64,000 nt of DNA. Source: an uncultured virus (IMG/VR IMGVR_UViG_3300042691_048340). Lineage: Duplodnaviria; Heunggongvirae; Uroviricota; Caudoviricetes. The stretch lies in the IMG/VR virus record IMGVR_UViG_3300042691_048340, one strand, 5' to 3'. Position numbers and translations under genes: made by a program. The notes under the pieces are model-generated. The model had not been told where the DNA came from, ran no database searches, and saw only the letters and a program-made list of their open reading frames with translations. Of the stretch, positions 37,558-46,966 are shown piece after piece; position 1 is the stretch's first letter; every line of letters begins with the position of its first letter.

Positions 37558-37586
37558 ATAGTAGTATTTCACATTGATGTTGTCAA
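37558..37586 (-). promoter_or_regulatory. Sigma70 promoter of the csf operon
   Basis: Minus strand TTGACA-N17-TACTAT, A-tracts upstream, ~20 nt before the csf1 ATG. Confidence 0.8.
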
Positions 37587-37634
37587 TAGCCTTCTGTTTT
37601 TTATCCGAAACTTTTTCAAAAGTTTTAAAAATTA

Positions 37635-38090
37635 GGATGTAGGAAGCTACTGAGTAAGTAGTGGCATCAAAGACAGCTCTTACCAAGTCCCACTGGAGAT
37701 GTTTTTCGTGGCTAGGCCCTTACGCCCCGGCCTAGCGATGGTTAGGTTCTCTGTTAACCCAAGTCGCGCGTGATGGCTAACGGCGTCTGTTCTATATCAC
37801 TTCCCAGATGAAGAGTTACCACTTTTCGTTAAGTTTTTTTTTGAAGAGGGGGCTGGCGATTTTGGTGCTAAAACCTAAGACTCAGGCACGCCGTCGCGAC
37901 TAACTTCAGTTAACTTGGATAAACTTCCATCGAAGTCTACTTTAAGTTGCTCTTTAAAACTTCCTCTCATAAGCATGAGCACAGCACTTGCTGTTTAAGT
38001 ACTAGAAAAAAGTCAACATCGTTTAGTTTTGTGGTAGCCAAGCTTGCGTCAACAGGCTTACTACAAAGCATCGTCCGGATACCTGAGCTT
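37635..38090 (+). ncRNA. Candidate large structured non-coding RNA (family unrecognised)
   Basis: Many stems, including long-range pairs; G-U wobble favours the + strand; no plausible ORF. Confidence 0.45.
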
Positions 38091-38119
38091 TTATAAAAAA
38101 AAACACCTCGTACTAGCTA

Positions 38120-38375
38120 CTCCACACATCCTATATTACCCCCCCTACATTGGAAAGCCACGTATTTAAAGGTTTGTGTAAGGTAGAGTAGGGTGTGTAG
38201 GGTACTATATTAGTATAGTATAAATAAATAGTATATTTTATATAGCAGCTATAAGAATCCTAGGTACACCCCCCGCTCCCTACACATCTTTGCTCAAAGC
38301 CTTTAGATACGTGGCTTTTCCGTTGTGTAGAGGATACCTAAACCACTTACTCCTTATTCACACACATCTTTGCTA
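38120..38375. repeat. Inverted repeats around an AT-rich core; candidate replication origin
   Basis: 38153-38172 vs 38300-38319 (18/20 inverted), TGTGTAGGG/CCCTACACA, ACACATCTTTGCT twice. Confidence 0.6.
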
Positions 38376-38522
38376 TGGTTTTTTTTGAACTCGTCTTTTA
38401 AAAAGAGAGTAAAGGAAAGCTAAGATGCTTGCTGGCTACCTGCAGTAGTGGCATACTGCTAACTGAGTATAGTAGTTACATAGTCACTATCCCTTCTATA
38501 TTACCTTTAGTAGGATAAAAAG

Positions 38523-40502
38523 ATGAACGAGCTGATGAAAACACGCGCAACAGTCACAACACTACAAAAGTACTGTCGTTTGAAAACAAACGGAGTGTTG
38601 GAAACTCCTTTAGAGATGTATGAGCGTACCATAGCCCATCAAAGGTTTTTATGGGCTCGGCAACTAGGCCACGAACTGGACTCGAAAGCAGAAGCGGAGT
38701 TGGCAAAGTTGCTAGATATCCAGCTAACATATAGGGGGAGTTTGGCCGGACGTACAAAGTGGCTAGGAGGCACGGAGAAGGCGAAAACCTATGAAGTGAC
38801 CAACTTCAACTGCGCAGGACTAAGGTATGGGAACGTCCATGCGATAGTGAACGCTTTTTGGCTACTACTTCAGGGCTGTGGTGTGTCCATACTCCCAGAG
38901 TGTGGAGGACTTCACGGCTTTTCTAAGCGTATAAGTAACATAAAAGTCATACGTTCAACCCGTATCGAAAAAGGACAGGCTCATAACATGGAGAGCCTCT
39001 CAGACGGTGTTTGGACTATATGCGTTGGGGATTCAGCGGAAGCGTGGGCAAAGGCTTTAGGCAAGTTGGTTGCCCACTCCTTTAAAGGCGAAAACATCCG
39101 AGCCCACACGCTTATATTGGACTTTTCCAACATACGTGGGAAAGGACAAGTTACTAGCGGCTATGGCTGGAAGACAAGTGGAGACGAAAAAGTAGCGAGT
39201 GCTTTTTATGCTATAGCTAACATCTTGAACTCCCGCATACAGGAGGCTCTAAGTGTCATAGATCTCCTGGATATCTTTGTGCTTACTGGAGAAACGCTCT
39301 CCAGTAGGAGGTCAGCAGGTATGGTTTTTATACCAAGTACGCACATGGATATAGAGCAGTTTATGCGTGTTAAGCGTGAGTACTGGAAAGCTGGCAAGAT
39401 GTGGAGAAGTAAGTCCAACAACACCGTGTTTTTTGACTCTCGACCAACTCTAGCAACCTTGACCGAGTTTATGCATATGGTGCTTGAGAACGGCGAAAGC
39501 GGTGACCCAGGCCTTTGTAACGCCGTAGCCTTTAGGGAACGTTTTAGCGAGTTCATGATTGGGAACCCGTGTTTTGAGGAGGCGTTGCCAGATGGGGGGT
39601 TATGCAACCAGGTCTCTGTAAACGCGGCGGCAGGTAGTCTTGATGAGCTTTTTGAGGCAACTTACCTGCTTGCTCGTGCCGCCTATAGGCAAACATGTGT
39701 GAACCTTTTGGATGGTATCCTGGACGAAAAATGGCATAGAAATAACGCCAACTTTAGGTTCATAGGCTTGGGTCTCATGGGACTTATAGAAAGTGGACTA
39801 TCCACCGCACAGCTAAGAAGACTAAAACAAGTTGCGGTACATGGAGCACTTTCCATGGCGGACGAGCTAGGCTTACCTTACCCTTACTACGTTACAACAG
39901 TAAAGCCGGAGGGCACGATGGCAAAGAGTTTCGGAGTAAGCGAAGGACTTCATCACCCACTTGCACGCCATATTTTTAACTGGCAAAACTTCAGTGGAGA
40001 AGACCCGGTTGTAGCCCTTTTAGAAGCACATGGCTATCAGGTTAAACCTAACCCACTGAACTCGGGGGATGTTTTAGTAAACTTCCCAATCGAATGGAGT
40101 AGTCCTTACTTTCGTTGGACAAAGACAAAAGAAGGAGTGGAAGTTGAGCTTCATAGCGCGGTTGCCCAGTTGGAGCGTTATAAGAGGATCATGACACACT
40201 GGGTCGACACTAACGCTTCGTTCACAGTGAGTTACTTGCCAGAAGAAGTGCCAGCCATCACTGACTGGCTGTTCCGTAACTGGGACAGTTACGTGGGTAC
40301 AGCCTTTATGCCACGTTTTGATGCATCTACTGTTGAACCAGGCATATATCTTCCACAAACGCCCGTTACATCGAGCGAGTTTTATGCATACCGCGCTCAA
40401 CTAAAAGACATCGACTGGAAGAGCTTTACTGCTCACCATGCGTTCAACCGTGAGTCCGGCATCGATAGTTGTGAGGCCGGTGCTTGTGGACTCATCAACT
40501 AA
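38523..40502 (+). CDS. nrdJ: Class II (adenosylcobalamin-dependent) ribonucleotide reductase
   Basis: FNCA, GNPCFE, LCN, TTVKPEGT, C-terminal CEAGAC; no beta-subunit gene nearby. Confidence 0.88.
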   Translation: MNELMKTRATVTTLQKYCRLKTNGVLETPLEMYERTIAHQRFLWARQLGHELDSKAEAELAKLLDIQLTYRGSLAGRTKWLGGTEKAKTYEVTNFNCAGLRYGNVHAIVNAFWLLLQGCGVSILPECGGLHGFSKRISNIKVIRSTRIEKGQAHNMESLSDGVWTICVGDSAEAWAKALGKLVAHSFKGENIRAHTLILDFSNIRGKGQVTSGYGWKTSGDEKVASAFYAIANILNSRIQEALSVIDLLDIFVLTGETLSSRRSAGMVFIPSTHMDIEQFMRVKREYWKAGKMWRSKSNNTVFFDSRPTLATLTEFMHMVLENGESGDPGLCNAVAFRERFSEFMIGNPCFEEALPDGGLCNQVSVNAAAGSLDELFEATYLLARAAYRQTCVNLLDGILDEKWHRNNANFRFIGLGLMGLIESGLSTAQLRRLKQVAVHGALSMADELGLPYPYYVTTVKPEGTMAKSFGVSEGLHHPLARHIFNWQNFSGEDPVVALLEAHGYQVKPNPLNSGDVLVNFPIEWSSPYFRWTKTKEGVEVELHSAVAQLERYKRIMTHWVDTNASFTVSYLPEEVPAITDWLFRNWDSYVGTAFMPRFDASTVEPGIYLPQTPVTSSEFYAYRAQLKDIDWKSFTAHHAFNRESGIDSCEAGACGLIN

Positions 40503-40516
40503 AAAGGAAAAGTAGT

Positions 40517-41071
40517 ATGTCAAGCGTTTCAACTCGTAAAGGAGATGACGGACAGACCGCTATCCTTGGAAAGGAACGTATGCCCAAGTCCTCGAGCAGG
40601 ATAGTTGCGTTAGGAAGTATCGATGAACTTGCTGCTACACTAGGTGTTGCTCATGCCTTTTGCACAACTCTAGAGACGCGCGCTAACATAAAGCGTGCTC
40701 AGCTAGACCTTTTTAGACTAGGAACTTCTCTAGCAACCCCTCTTGAGGAAAAGGATCGTACAAAAGAGGAGTTGCGTGAGCAACTTCGTACTTTAGATGA
40801 GTGTATCTTAAGCCTAGAGGCTCGACACGCCACGCGGCACTACAGTAGTACTGTAGATCGGTATATACAGCAGCAGTATGGAGCGTGGTTAGTGCCAGGT
40901 GATACAGTTGATGCCAGCTTACTACACTTAGCTCGCACTGTTTGTCGTCGGGCAGAGACTAGTGTAGTTGCCTTAAAACAACAAGGCAACTACGTCAATG
41001 AGTGCGTACTCGCGTATTTAAACCGGCTCTCTGACTTACTTTGGGTACTAGCCAGAGAGCTAGAAAAGTGA
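40517..41071 (+). CDS. pduO: Cob(I)alamin adenosyltransferase (PduO type)
   Basis: TRKGDDGQT, GSIDEL, ARTVCRRAE, YLNRLSDLLWVLAR. Confidence 0.92.
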   Translation: MSSVSTRKGDDGQTAILGKERMPKSSSRIVALGSIDELAATLGVAHAFCTTLETRANIKRAQLDLFRLGTSLATPLEEKDRTKEELREQLRTLDECILSLEARHATRHYSSTVDRYIQQQYGAWLVPGDTVDASLLHLARTVCRRAETSVVALKQQGNYVNECVLAYLNRLSDLLWVLARELEK

Positions 41072-41282
41072 GCTTAAGTGCGGACAGGAGAACGAGCATG
41101 ACAGCCATAGTGCCCCCCCCCTACCCCCCTTTTTTTTAGTAACTCTTTTTAAGAGAACTACTATATAGACTATAGTTTATGCTAAACTATAGTCAGTTAT
41201 CCTTCAGAGAAAAAATTGCGGGCAGCTAGTGTGCCCGCCTTTTACTACCATCCTCGCCCCGAGTCCGCTCATCAAAGAAAGT

Positions 41283-41876
41283 ATGAAAGTAACTAAACTT
41301 GAAGTAGTTCCCAGCTCTATCCTTCTAAGTAAACTGAAAAATACACGCTTACTTGGTTATGGACAGGTGCTAGTATACGCAAATGCACAACTAAGTATCG
41401 AACAGCAGCTGGATACTGACATACTAGTTCCTACCCAACGCTATGTTTTACGTTCCACCTTATGGACTGTGAAGGAACTTTATACCACCCTACTAAGTCA
41501 AGGCGTTGATATGTTTAAGCTAGATACCGCCGTGTGGTTTTGGCGTGAGGACATAAGAACGCTACTACCACTTCTCCCTCCGATTATCGAAGAATCTTAT
41601 GAAGCGGATGGGCGAAAAGTTTGGTTGATTAGCGATGGTATGCACCGAGTTTACACTGCGCGTAAGTTGGGAAAGCCGCTTAATGTTATCCTTGTGAAAA
41701 ATGCGTCTCACCCCTACTATGCGTATCCACTGGACAAAGGTTGGGCTGACGTAGCAGAACTACAGGAACTTGGCTCGCTCCCTAAGAAGAAGTATCGAGA
41801 AACTGCTTACAAAGAACTTTTTAGGAACTACAATGACGTTTTTCCAGGAATCCAAAAGTCTCGTTCCGCTAAGTAA
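41283..41876 (+). CDS. Hypothetical protein, ParB/Srx-like motif
   Basis: PTQ...PPIIE...LISDGMHRVY. Confidence 0.55.
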   Translation: MKVTKLEVVPSSILLSKLKNTRLLGYGQVLVYANAQLSIEQQLDTDILVPTQRYVLRSTLWTVKELYTTLLSQGVDMFKLDTAVWFWREDIRTLLPLLPPIIEESYEADGRKVWLISDGMHRVYTARKLGKPLNVILVKNASHPYYAYPLDKGWADVAELQELGSLPKKKYRETAYKELFRNYNDVFPGIQKSRSAK

Positions 41877-42007
41877 AGTTATAAACTGGCATATTTCCTC
41901 TTGACTTTACTTTATAAATACATAAGACTATGTGCTGATGCAAAAAAATAAGCTATTTATACATCCTAGACTTCATAGGATAAAGAAAGGTGTAGAGGTA
42001 TTAAAAA

Positions 42008-43180
42008 ATGAAGTCTGTTCAGAACGCTGTTCAAGATATTGCGCCAGAACTTTTTGACTGGATAGAGGTCTTTAGGGTTGGTACGCATATTGATAGCTAT
42101 ACTGGCACTGAAACGACATGGGAGGAGTCGGACCTTGATGCGATTGTTTTTAACTTTCAACCAAACACTTTCAGTGTTCCGGTAGTTTTAGGTCATCAAA
42201 CCTCAGACTCTTCGCCGGCGTATGGCTGGGTTTCTCAACTTAAAAGGGAGGGAGAAGGACTTTATGCCAAGTTAGCCCATGTACTAGAAACTTTTGCCAT
42301 AAGCTTCAAAAAGAAGCAGTACCCTAACCGCTCTGTACGCATCGATTTAACGGAGCGTGGGCCAGAGTTAGGGCATCTTGCTTTTTTAGGAGCCGTTCCC
42401 CCAGCCGTAGATTTACAGCCGGCACTCCAGTTTAAGCGTTACATAAGCTCACACTCATTCCCCGTTCAACCTTCAACTCAAGGAGATTCTATGTTGTTAC
42501 CACCCAAGTCACCACCCAAAGATGAAGAGAAAAAAGCAGCGGATGTTAAAGCTGAGGTCAAAAGTTTGGATAGTTCCGAGGAAGAAGAGGAAAACAAGTC
42601 GGCATCTCCCGATGCCGCTATGTTTGAGCTTGCTATCGAAGAAACACCAGCAACTCCCCCTCCCACGTTAGCCAAAGCGGCTACTAAGCCTAAGCCGGTT
42701 GCGCCCGATATGGTTGTTATGAGCGCACAAGAGAGGAGTGCCTTGCTAAACCAGGGCATAACTTCAGCAACCGAGGCCATGCTAGCCAACTCACAGCTTT
42801 ATATCTCTCAACTCCAAGCGGCTGGTAAAGTGACACCAGCCCTACTTGACGGTCTTGCTGAGTTTATGTGCTTTCTTGCCAGGCTCGACGACCCAAACCC
42901 CATTTTTGCTTATGCCGCGTCTGTTAGTCCAAACTTAGCGAGTACTAAACAACTAGTATACCGGGACACCACTGGGAATACAGTAAAGGCAAGGCCTATC
43001 GACTTCTTCAAAGCTTTATTAGAGAAGCTACCAACTCAGTTTCAGAACACTCGACATGACTACTCCGCCATGCCCGTAACCGACCCTGCAGAGCAGTTCA
43101 AAAACATCGTTCAAAATATAACTGCTGGCTACAGAAAGCAGGCGCCAACTCCATCTACACCTCATCATAGGGGGATTTAA
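42008..43180 (+). CDS. Mu-like head maturation protease/scaffold
   Basis: IEVFRVG, PVVLGH, PAYGWV, HLAFLGAVPPAV; low-complexity scaffold region follows. Confidence 0.82.
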   Translation: MKSVQNAVQDIAPELFDWIEVFRVGTHIDSYTGTETTWEESDLDAIVFNFQPNTFSVPVVLGHQTSDSSPAYGWVSQLKREGEGLYAKLAHVLETFAISFKKKQYPNRSVRIDLTERGPELGHLAFLGAVPPAVDLQPALQFKRYISSHSFPVQPSTQGDSMLLPPKSPPKDEEKKAADVKAEVKSLDSSEEEEENKSASPDAAMFELAIEETPATPPPTLAKAATKPKPVAPDMVVMSAQERSALLNQGITSATEAMLANSQLYISQLQAAGKVTPALLDGLAEFMCFLARLDDPNPIFAYAASVSPNLASTKQLVYRDTTGNTVKARPIDFFKALLEKLPTQFQNTRHDYSAMPVTDPAEQFKNIVQNITAGYRKQAPTPSTPHHRGI

Positions 43181-43181
43181 A

Positions 43182-43820
43182 ATGAGCATGAGTTTATACA
43201 CCAGGGTGGACTTTCCATCCTCTGACCTCTTAGATGCAGCTTATCCTATCCATACGGATACGGCTGTTATAACTACGGGAAATCTTGTGGCCGGGGCTGT
43301 TCTCGGAAGAGTTGCAACGGCCGCTGGTACGCCGGCCTACGGTCTAACAAACGTAGGCAATGGCACGATAGGCTCTATAAGCCTGGGTGCGCAAGTTATT
43401 GGCGGAGTCTACAGTCTCGTGTGCAATATTGCCGGAGCTAGTGCCAAGTTTACTTTAACCGACCCTCTAGGCACCGTCCTTAGCACAACCATCGCTATTG
43501 GCTCACAACAAACCACTACTCATCTAGTATTTACTATCACTGCTGGGGGAACGGCGTTTGCTGTGGGAGACGTTATAACTGTTCCCGTTCTGGCCAGTAA
43601 CTTTAAGTTGGCGGCAACGGCGGCAGTGGATGGTTCCGCTACGCCCGTAGCGGTTTTGCTACAGGATACCGATGCAACTTCCTCTGCACAAACAGCAAGT
43701 ATCTTACTTGCTGGGAGAATAAATGCTCGTAAACTTTCCTATGGAACGGGGCACAGTCTAGGCACCGTAAAATGGCCACTTCGTGCGCTAGGCATCCATG
43801 TTGTAACGTTTCAAGGTTAG
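43182..43820 (+). CDS. Head decoration protein (lambda gpD-like) with inserted beta domain
   Basis: GAVLG...DGSATPVAVL...G..N...L...GI pattern; precedes capsid. Confidence 0.75.
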   Translation: MSMSLYTRVDFPSSDLLDAAYPIHTDTAVITTGNLVAGAVLGRVATAAGTPAYGLTNVGNGTIGSISLGAQVIGGVYSLVCNIAGASAKFTLTDPLGTVLSTTIAIGSQQTTTHLVFTITAGGTAFAVGDVITVPVLASNFKLAATAAVDGSATPVAVLLQDTDATSSAQTASILLAGRINARKLSYGTGHSLGTVKWPLRALGIHVVTFQG

Positions 43821-43832
43821 AGAGGACTACGT

Positions 43833-44948
43833 ATGACACTTCAAGAGTTGCTGTTAAGCCCCATCACATTACTTACTGCAGTTAAGACCATTCCCCATAA
43901 CCCAACTTTTTTTAGAGACTTCTTGTTTAAAGAAACACAACAGTCTCAAACGCTGTCAGTTGCTATCGATGAACTTGTGGGTAACCGCAGGCTTGCACCG
44001 TTTGTTTCTGGGCAGGCAATAGCCCCCAGTGTCCAGAAAATGCCTTTCAGCACAAAGATATACTACCCTCCTCTCATCAAGGCGAAAAAGAACCTCCAGG
44101 CGTTGGAGGCACTGAACCGCCTACCCGGCGAGTTGCCATTTACAACGGGGGCGGCTTTTGATCAGCAACAGCGGGCTATGGAACTGCTCGGTTGGGAGTT
44201 ACAATCCCTCAGTGACAGCATTTCTCGCACCGAAGAGTGGATGATAAGTCAACTACTAGACTCTGGCCAACTATCTATAGTTGGCGAGGGTATCGATAAA
44301 GTTGTGGACTATGAGATGCCGGCATCTCATAAGCTCACACTTACTGGCAATGACCTTTTCACCAACTCTAGCAGCGACCCCGTTGCTCTTTTCACTTCGT
44401 GGCAACGCTTGATCCAGCAGGATGGAAAGATGGGCCCCGCCGACTTTGCTATCATGGGACGAAACGTACGCGACGCTTTTTTGTCTCATCCAAAAATATC
44501 CGCCAATGCCACGTCTCTCCTTAACACGTTGCGTGTTGACTTAGGCGTTATAAATCCCGCCATGCTCCCAACTGGAGCTGAGTTTTTGGGCACATTGCGC
44601 GGTATGGGAGGACTCAACTTGTATGCTTACAACGAGTATTACGAAGATGATAGTGGCGTAACGCATGACATGATGCCGGCCGATAAAATCTTCATTGGGT
44701 TTAGTCGTGCTCGCAATATTTTTGCCTACGGAGCCATACAAGACCTACAAAGCCCAGCCTCGATGTCAAATACGTCTCGCATACCAACCGGGCTTCCATC
44801 TTTACCGAGAAATAACTTGTATGCCATGTCGCGGTTCCCCAAAACTTGGTTTACTGAAGAGCCGTCTGCACAGATATTGATGATACAGTCGGCACCGCTA
44901 CCCATCATGTCTCAGCCGGCGTGTTTTGCTAGTATTAAAGCCGTTTAG
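43833..44948 (+). CDS. Major capsid protein (lambda E-like)
   Basis: FFRDFLF, LAPFVS, RTEEWM, QSAPLP. Confidence 0.88.
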   Translation: MTLQELLLSPITLLTAVKTIPHNPTFFRDFLFKETQQSQTLSVAIDELVGNRRLAPFVSGQAIAPSVQKMPFSTKIYYPPLIKAKKNLQALEALNRLPGELPFTTGAAFDQQQRAMELLGWELQSLSDSISRTEEWMISQLLDSGQLSIVGEGIDKVVDYEMPASHKLTLTGNDLFTNSSSDPVALFTSWQRLIQQDGKMGPADFAIMGRNVRDAFLSHPKISANATSLLNTLRVDLGVINPAMLPTGAEFLGTLRGMGGLNLYAYNEYYEDDSGVTHDMMPADKIFIGFSRARNIFAYGAIQDLQSPASMSNTSRIPTGLPSLPRNNLYAMSRFPKTWFTEEPSAQILMIQSAPLPIMSQPACFASIKAV

Positions 44949-44960
44949 GGATATGCCAGT

Positions 44961-45500
44961 ATGTATATGTATACGTCACCATTGGCTATGATGCAACAGT
45001 TTGGGCTTCAAAGACTTACGAAGTATTCATCCCCCATTGATGCGGTAGTCATAAAAGTAGTTCAGGCTAACGTGTTACTGGCGTTCATCAGTGGTGCCGA
45101 TACTTCTTCTTTTCCTACTGAGCAAGTAGAGTTGGGACGAGCCGCGCTTGGTAGGATAGAGAAAAGTATAGAAGCTGCAGAGAGTATCGTGAGTACTTAC
45201 CTCCTTCGTCGTTACGACATACCGTTGGAAGATAAACTTTTAGCGGCAAACTTGGAGATGCTAAAGAAACACACCAACTTTATCGCTCGCTATCTTTTAG
45301 CGGCTCATAAACCGAGTGTTTCGATAAAAGCTGCTTACGACACAAGTATAAGTTACTTAGATGATATCACTAATGCGAGGCGTGGTGGACTTAGTTTGGG
45401 AGACACTCCGATAGTAGATATACCCCCCCAACTAGACATCACGCCACCGTTCTCACTTAGGCAAGCCAGGAGTAGTATTGCATGGCAAAAATACAGGTAA
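44961..45500 (+). CDS. Mu gp36-like head-tail adaptor (DUF1320)
   Basis: YL..RY..PL, IARYLL, Y...I.YL..I. Confidence 0.75.
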   Translation: MYMYTSPLAMMQQFGLQRLTKYSSPIDAVVIKVVQANVLLAFISGADTSSFPTEQVELGRAALGRIEKSIEAAESIVSTYLLRRYDIPLEDKLLAANLEMLKKHTNFIARYLLAAHKPSVSIKAAYDTSISYLDDITNARRGGLSLGDTPIVDIPPQLDITPPFSLRQARSSIAWQKYR

Positions 45501-45928
45501 GAGTAGAGTCTGCCAAAGCAAGAGATAAGGTTAAAAACCTAAACTCACTTATGCTCGGACTCACTTATGCGTTTACCGAACTTGGGGAGTACATCCTGAC
45601 GGAGACCGATATGCGTTTTGATCGGGGCGTTGACCCAACTGGAAAGCCTTGGCTAGTATCAAAAAGGGCTATGAAGGATGGAGGGAAGACACTCGTAGAC
45701 CATGCTATCTTAAGGCAAAGCGTCAACTACAACGCAACGCACGATAGCGTGGAAGTTGGTGTTGGCAACTTTCCGGTGTATGCACGCATACACCAAAAAG
45801 GGGGTCGAACTGGCAAAGGTCATCGCGTCCTCTTACCAGCTAGGCCATATCTTGGTATAACTGAGGACGATAAGCTTGAAGCGCGAAATATCATCTTACG
45901 CTTCTTGCGTTTAAAGGGGGCGAAATGA
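45482..45928 (+). CDS. Mu G-like virion morphogenesis protein
   Basis: RF....P.GKPW, YARIHQKGG, LPARPYLG. Confidence 0.88.
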   Translation: MAKIQVRVESAKARDKVKNLNSLMLGLTYAFTELGEYILTETDMRFDRGVDPTGKPWLVSKRAMKDGGKTLVDHAILRQSVNYNATHDSVEVGVGNFPVYARIHQKGGRTGKGHRVLLPARPYLGITEDDKLEARNIILRFLRLKGAK

Positions 45929-46314
45929 CAGCAATAGTTACTGACTACTTAAGCACAAAGATAGTTAGACACTTACTGGGTTTTGAGACACTTCCAGTGG
46001 TCACCAACTTGAGACTTGCGCTTTACAGTACTTCAGAGGGTATCCAAACGGATACCCCCACTGGAGAACTAACAGACGTCAACTATGAAAAGCACGCCGT
46101 AGTCTTTACCGAGTTAGGCGTGAGTGAGCCCTTTCATTTTCCCGGTTTTGCGACTGAAGTTAGTATTGCATACCAAGCTCTCGTGGGAACGATGGAGGGG
46201 GTGGATAGGATACTCATAGCCACAGCATGTGAGCCAGTTATCACACCGTTGATAGGCCAGCCTTTATGGTATGAGGCTGGCAAAGTATCACTCGAACTGC
46301 TTGCGGTGGACTAG
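45925..46314 (+). CDS. Virion structural protein
   Basis: TDYL...LALY pattern; in structural operon. Confidence 0.55.
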   Translation: MTAIVTDYLSTKIVRHLLGFETLPVVTNLRLALYSTSEGIQTDTPTGELTDVNYEKHAVVFTELGVSEPFHFPGFATEVSIAYQALVGTMEGVDRILIATACEPVITPLIGQPLWYEAGKVSLELLAVD

Positions 46315-46322
46315 GAACAACT

Positions 46323-46952
46323 ATGGAAGTTTCTTTTATAGGTAGGCTAGCACTCTCTAGTGGGAACTTAGTTGCTAGAACCGACCCTATCCAGCCTATT
46401 TTTTTTGCTGGACTAGCTCTGGAGTTTAGTCCAAAGAGTGTGCTTGCCTCCACTGCACGCCGCAACATAGTTCTAAAACTAAGAGAAGATCTCTACGGAA
46501 GTATAAAAGTAGACGACTTTGAGAACGAAGTAAGTCAGATAGAGGGGACAACCGATTTCAAGGGACTGTTAACCGAAGACCAGGTTGCTAGCACACCTTC
46601 GGTTTTTGTTATGAGACTACGTACTCAGTCTACAGCCAATCAATCTTTAGGCTATGCTGTACGCCAACAAGTAGAAGACTTTTTCGGTCTTCTACTTGTT
46701 GCCGATACCATGACAGATGAGTATGGCGTGAATGCAATGGACATAATATGGGCACTTCACACAAAAATACTAGACTCACTGTTAGGCTGGCAAATTCCAA
46801 CTACTGAGTTTGACTTACCTACTACCCCCTTAACTTATCGAGGAGGCGTAGCGTATGGTTCAAACCTAGACTCGTATCATTGGCTCGACCAGTTTTCTTG
46901 TACTTCTCAGTTATGTACTCATAGCAACCGAAAAAACAACATTTTACTTTAA
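46323..46952 (+). CDS. Tail terminator (gp37-like)
   Basis: PSVFV, LLGWQ, W.DQF; precedes tail tube. Confidence 0.65.
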   Translation: MEVSFIGRLALSSGNLVARTDPIQPIFFAGLALEFSPKSVLASTARRNIVLKLREDLYGSIKVDDFENEVSQIEGTTDFKGLLTEDQVASTPSVFVMRLRTQSTANQSLGYAVRQQVEDFFGLLLVADTMTDEYGVNAMDIIWALHTKILDSLLGWQIPTTEFDLPTTPLTYRGGVAYGSNLDSYHWLDQFSCTSQLCTHSNRKNNILL

Positions 46953-46966
46953 AAGAGGAATTTTAT

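Noticed and set aside
37640..37930. tmRNA, RNase P or cobalamin riboswitch identity for the structured region
   Set aside because: Only short coincidental words (GGGGCTG, CTGGGAAG); no tRNA-like 3' end, GAGGAAAGTCC or B12 box in the right order
33300..38520. CRISPR array for the csf genes
   Set aside because: No regularly spaced direct repeats seen here or in any other intergenic region of the window
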